A stretch of DNA of 64,000 nt. Origin: Vermamoeba vermiformis (lineage: Eukaryota). The notes under the pieces are model-generated. The model was not told the origin of the DNA, did no database searches, and saw only the letters and a program-made list of their open reading frames with translations. The DNA is taken from contig JBEWZL010000244.1 in assembly GCA_045837725.1 (NCBI GenBank), positions 434,001 to 498,000 on the forward strand, read 5' to 3'. Position 1 is the stretch's first letter. Each line of letters opens with the position of its first letter. The translations under genes were made by a program, and so were the position numbers. Below are positions 62,928 to 64,000 of this stretch, one piece after another.

Positions 62928-64000
62928 ATGGCCGAAGATATGCTGGATTCGGTCGTTATCGACTTAGGCTCAAGTAAATACACGAATATATACACAACTT
63001 AAAAACATTACATCCATTCAGATGAATGAGAAAGGGGGTGAAAGTGAGAATTAATTTTTTTAAATTTAATTAAATTTAATTTTTTTTGAACTGAGCATTG
63101 CCCCTACGATTACCATCTACTTGACACTAAGGATATAAAATATAAAATTCAATAAATTTTGACAGGCATTGTTAAGGCCGGATTTGCCAACAACGACGCA
63201 CCCTTTGCCGTATTTCCCAATATTTATGGTTGTTTAAATCGACCTGCCGTGCAATCAGGAGTCAGCGGCAAAGAGAAATGTAAGTGACAGATACCAGATT
63301 CTTTGGTCTAACCTTCCTGCAGATGTCGGAGATCACGCACAAAGTGTACGTGGGGTGTTAACTCTACGCCACCCTATGGATCGCGGTATAGTTAACGACT
63401 GGGTAGCAATGGGGGGCGTCATTCATCACACACTTTACAACGAAATGCAGGCTGGGGATTTATATCCGACGTTGTTCACTGAACGGCCGTTCACGCCGAT
63501 TTCTCAACGCGAGAGATTTTGTGTTATGATGTTTGAAAGATATGACACACCTGCTGTATCATTCGCAATGCCTGAAGTTCTCGCTGCGTGGGCGTCTGGA
63601 AGAAATACGGCGCTTGTGGTCGACGTTGGTGAGCAGTTTTGTCTGACTGCCAGTCAATTAATAATTTCATCTTATAGGCCACGGAGTCATGACTATCATG
63701 CCTATTGTTAACGGTTGTATCATTCGATCGGGAGTTGTTCGCGCCGACTTCGGTGGAGCAGATCTCACGAATTACTTACAAAGACTTTTAACCGAAAGAG
63801 GGTGAGCCCAACACTACTTTATTAGCTTGTAATGTTAATTTCGTACTTAGTTATTATTTCACTTCTTCGCGAGAAACAGAAATAATACGTGACATGAAAG
63901 AAAAGTTGTGTTACGTGCCGCTAGATTATGAAAGTGAACTGCAAACTTCATTGTGTTCCGTACTACTTAAAAAGGATTACGAGATGCCTGATGGGAATAT
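62928..64000 (+). CDS. Divergent actin / actin-related protein (3' end outside window)
   Basis: [98 protein letters not shown]. Confidence 0.88.

Overview
Gene-dense, intron-rich eukaryotic DNA with short AT-rich GT-AG introns, probably from an amoebozoan-type protist (inference). The main discovery is a five-member gene family: four head-to-tail copies at 146-10702 on the minus strand and one dispersed copy at 50506-53067 on the plus strand. The ORF track splits these genes into pieces, but they splice into 5-exon proteins of about 740-760 aa. Their architecture is: putative beta-sandwich DNA-binding domain, NLS and acidic segment; peptidase S74 intramolecular chaperone/auto-cleavage (ICA) domain; coiled coil; single TM helix; plant-receptor-type LRR ectodomain. 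This is a MYRF/MrfA-like self-cleaving, membrane-tethered transcription factor fused to a hypervariable LRR sensor, and is a candidate one-component receptor/immune family. Other findings: a selenoprotein U gene with an in-frame UGA in a UxxC motif and a 3'UTR SECIS; a 671-bp MITE with an exact 8-bp target-site duplication; a tandem adenosine deaminase with a degenerate second domain; an F-box/pseudo-GTPase/CaaX fusion; a kelch-ectodomain receptor tyrosine kinase; two divergent bacterial-like secreted protein genes; an LMBRD1 pseudogene; a PHD+HTH factor; and a PTS1-tagged CoA-transferase. Housekeeping-type genes include GatA, a mitochondrial carrier, SAPS, GT8, a CRT-like transporter, an SDR and an actin-like gene. 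All calls are by eye from sequence motifs; no database searches were run. Some single-base frameshifts may be assembly errors.
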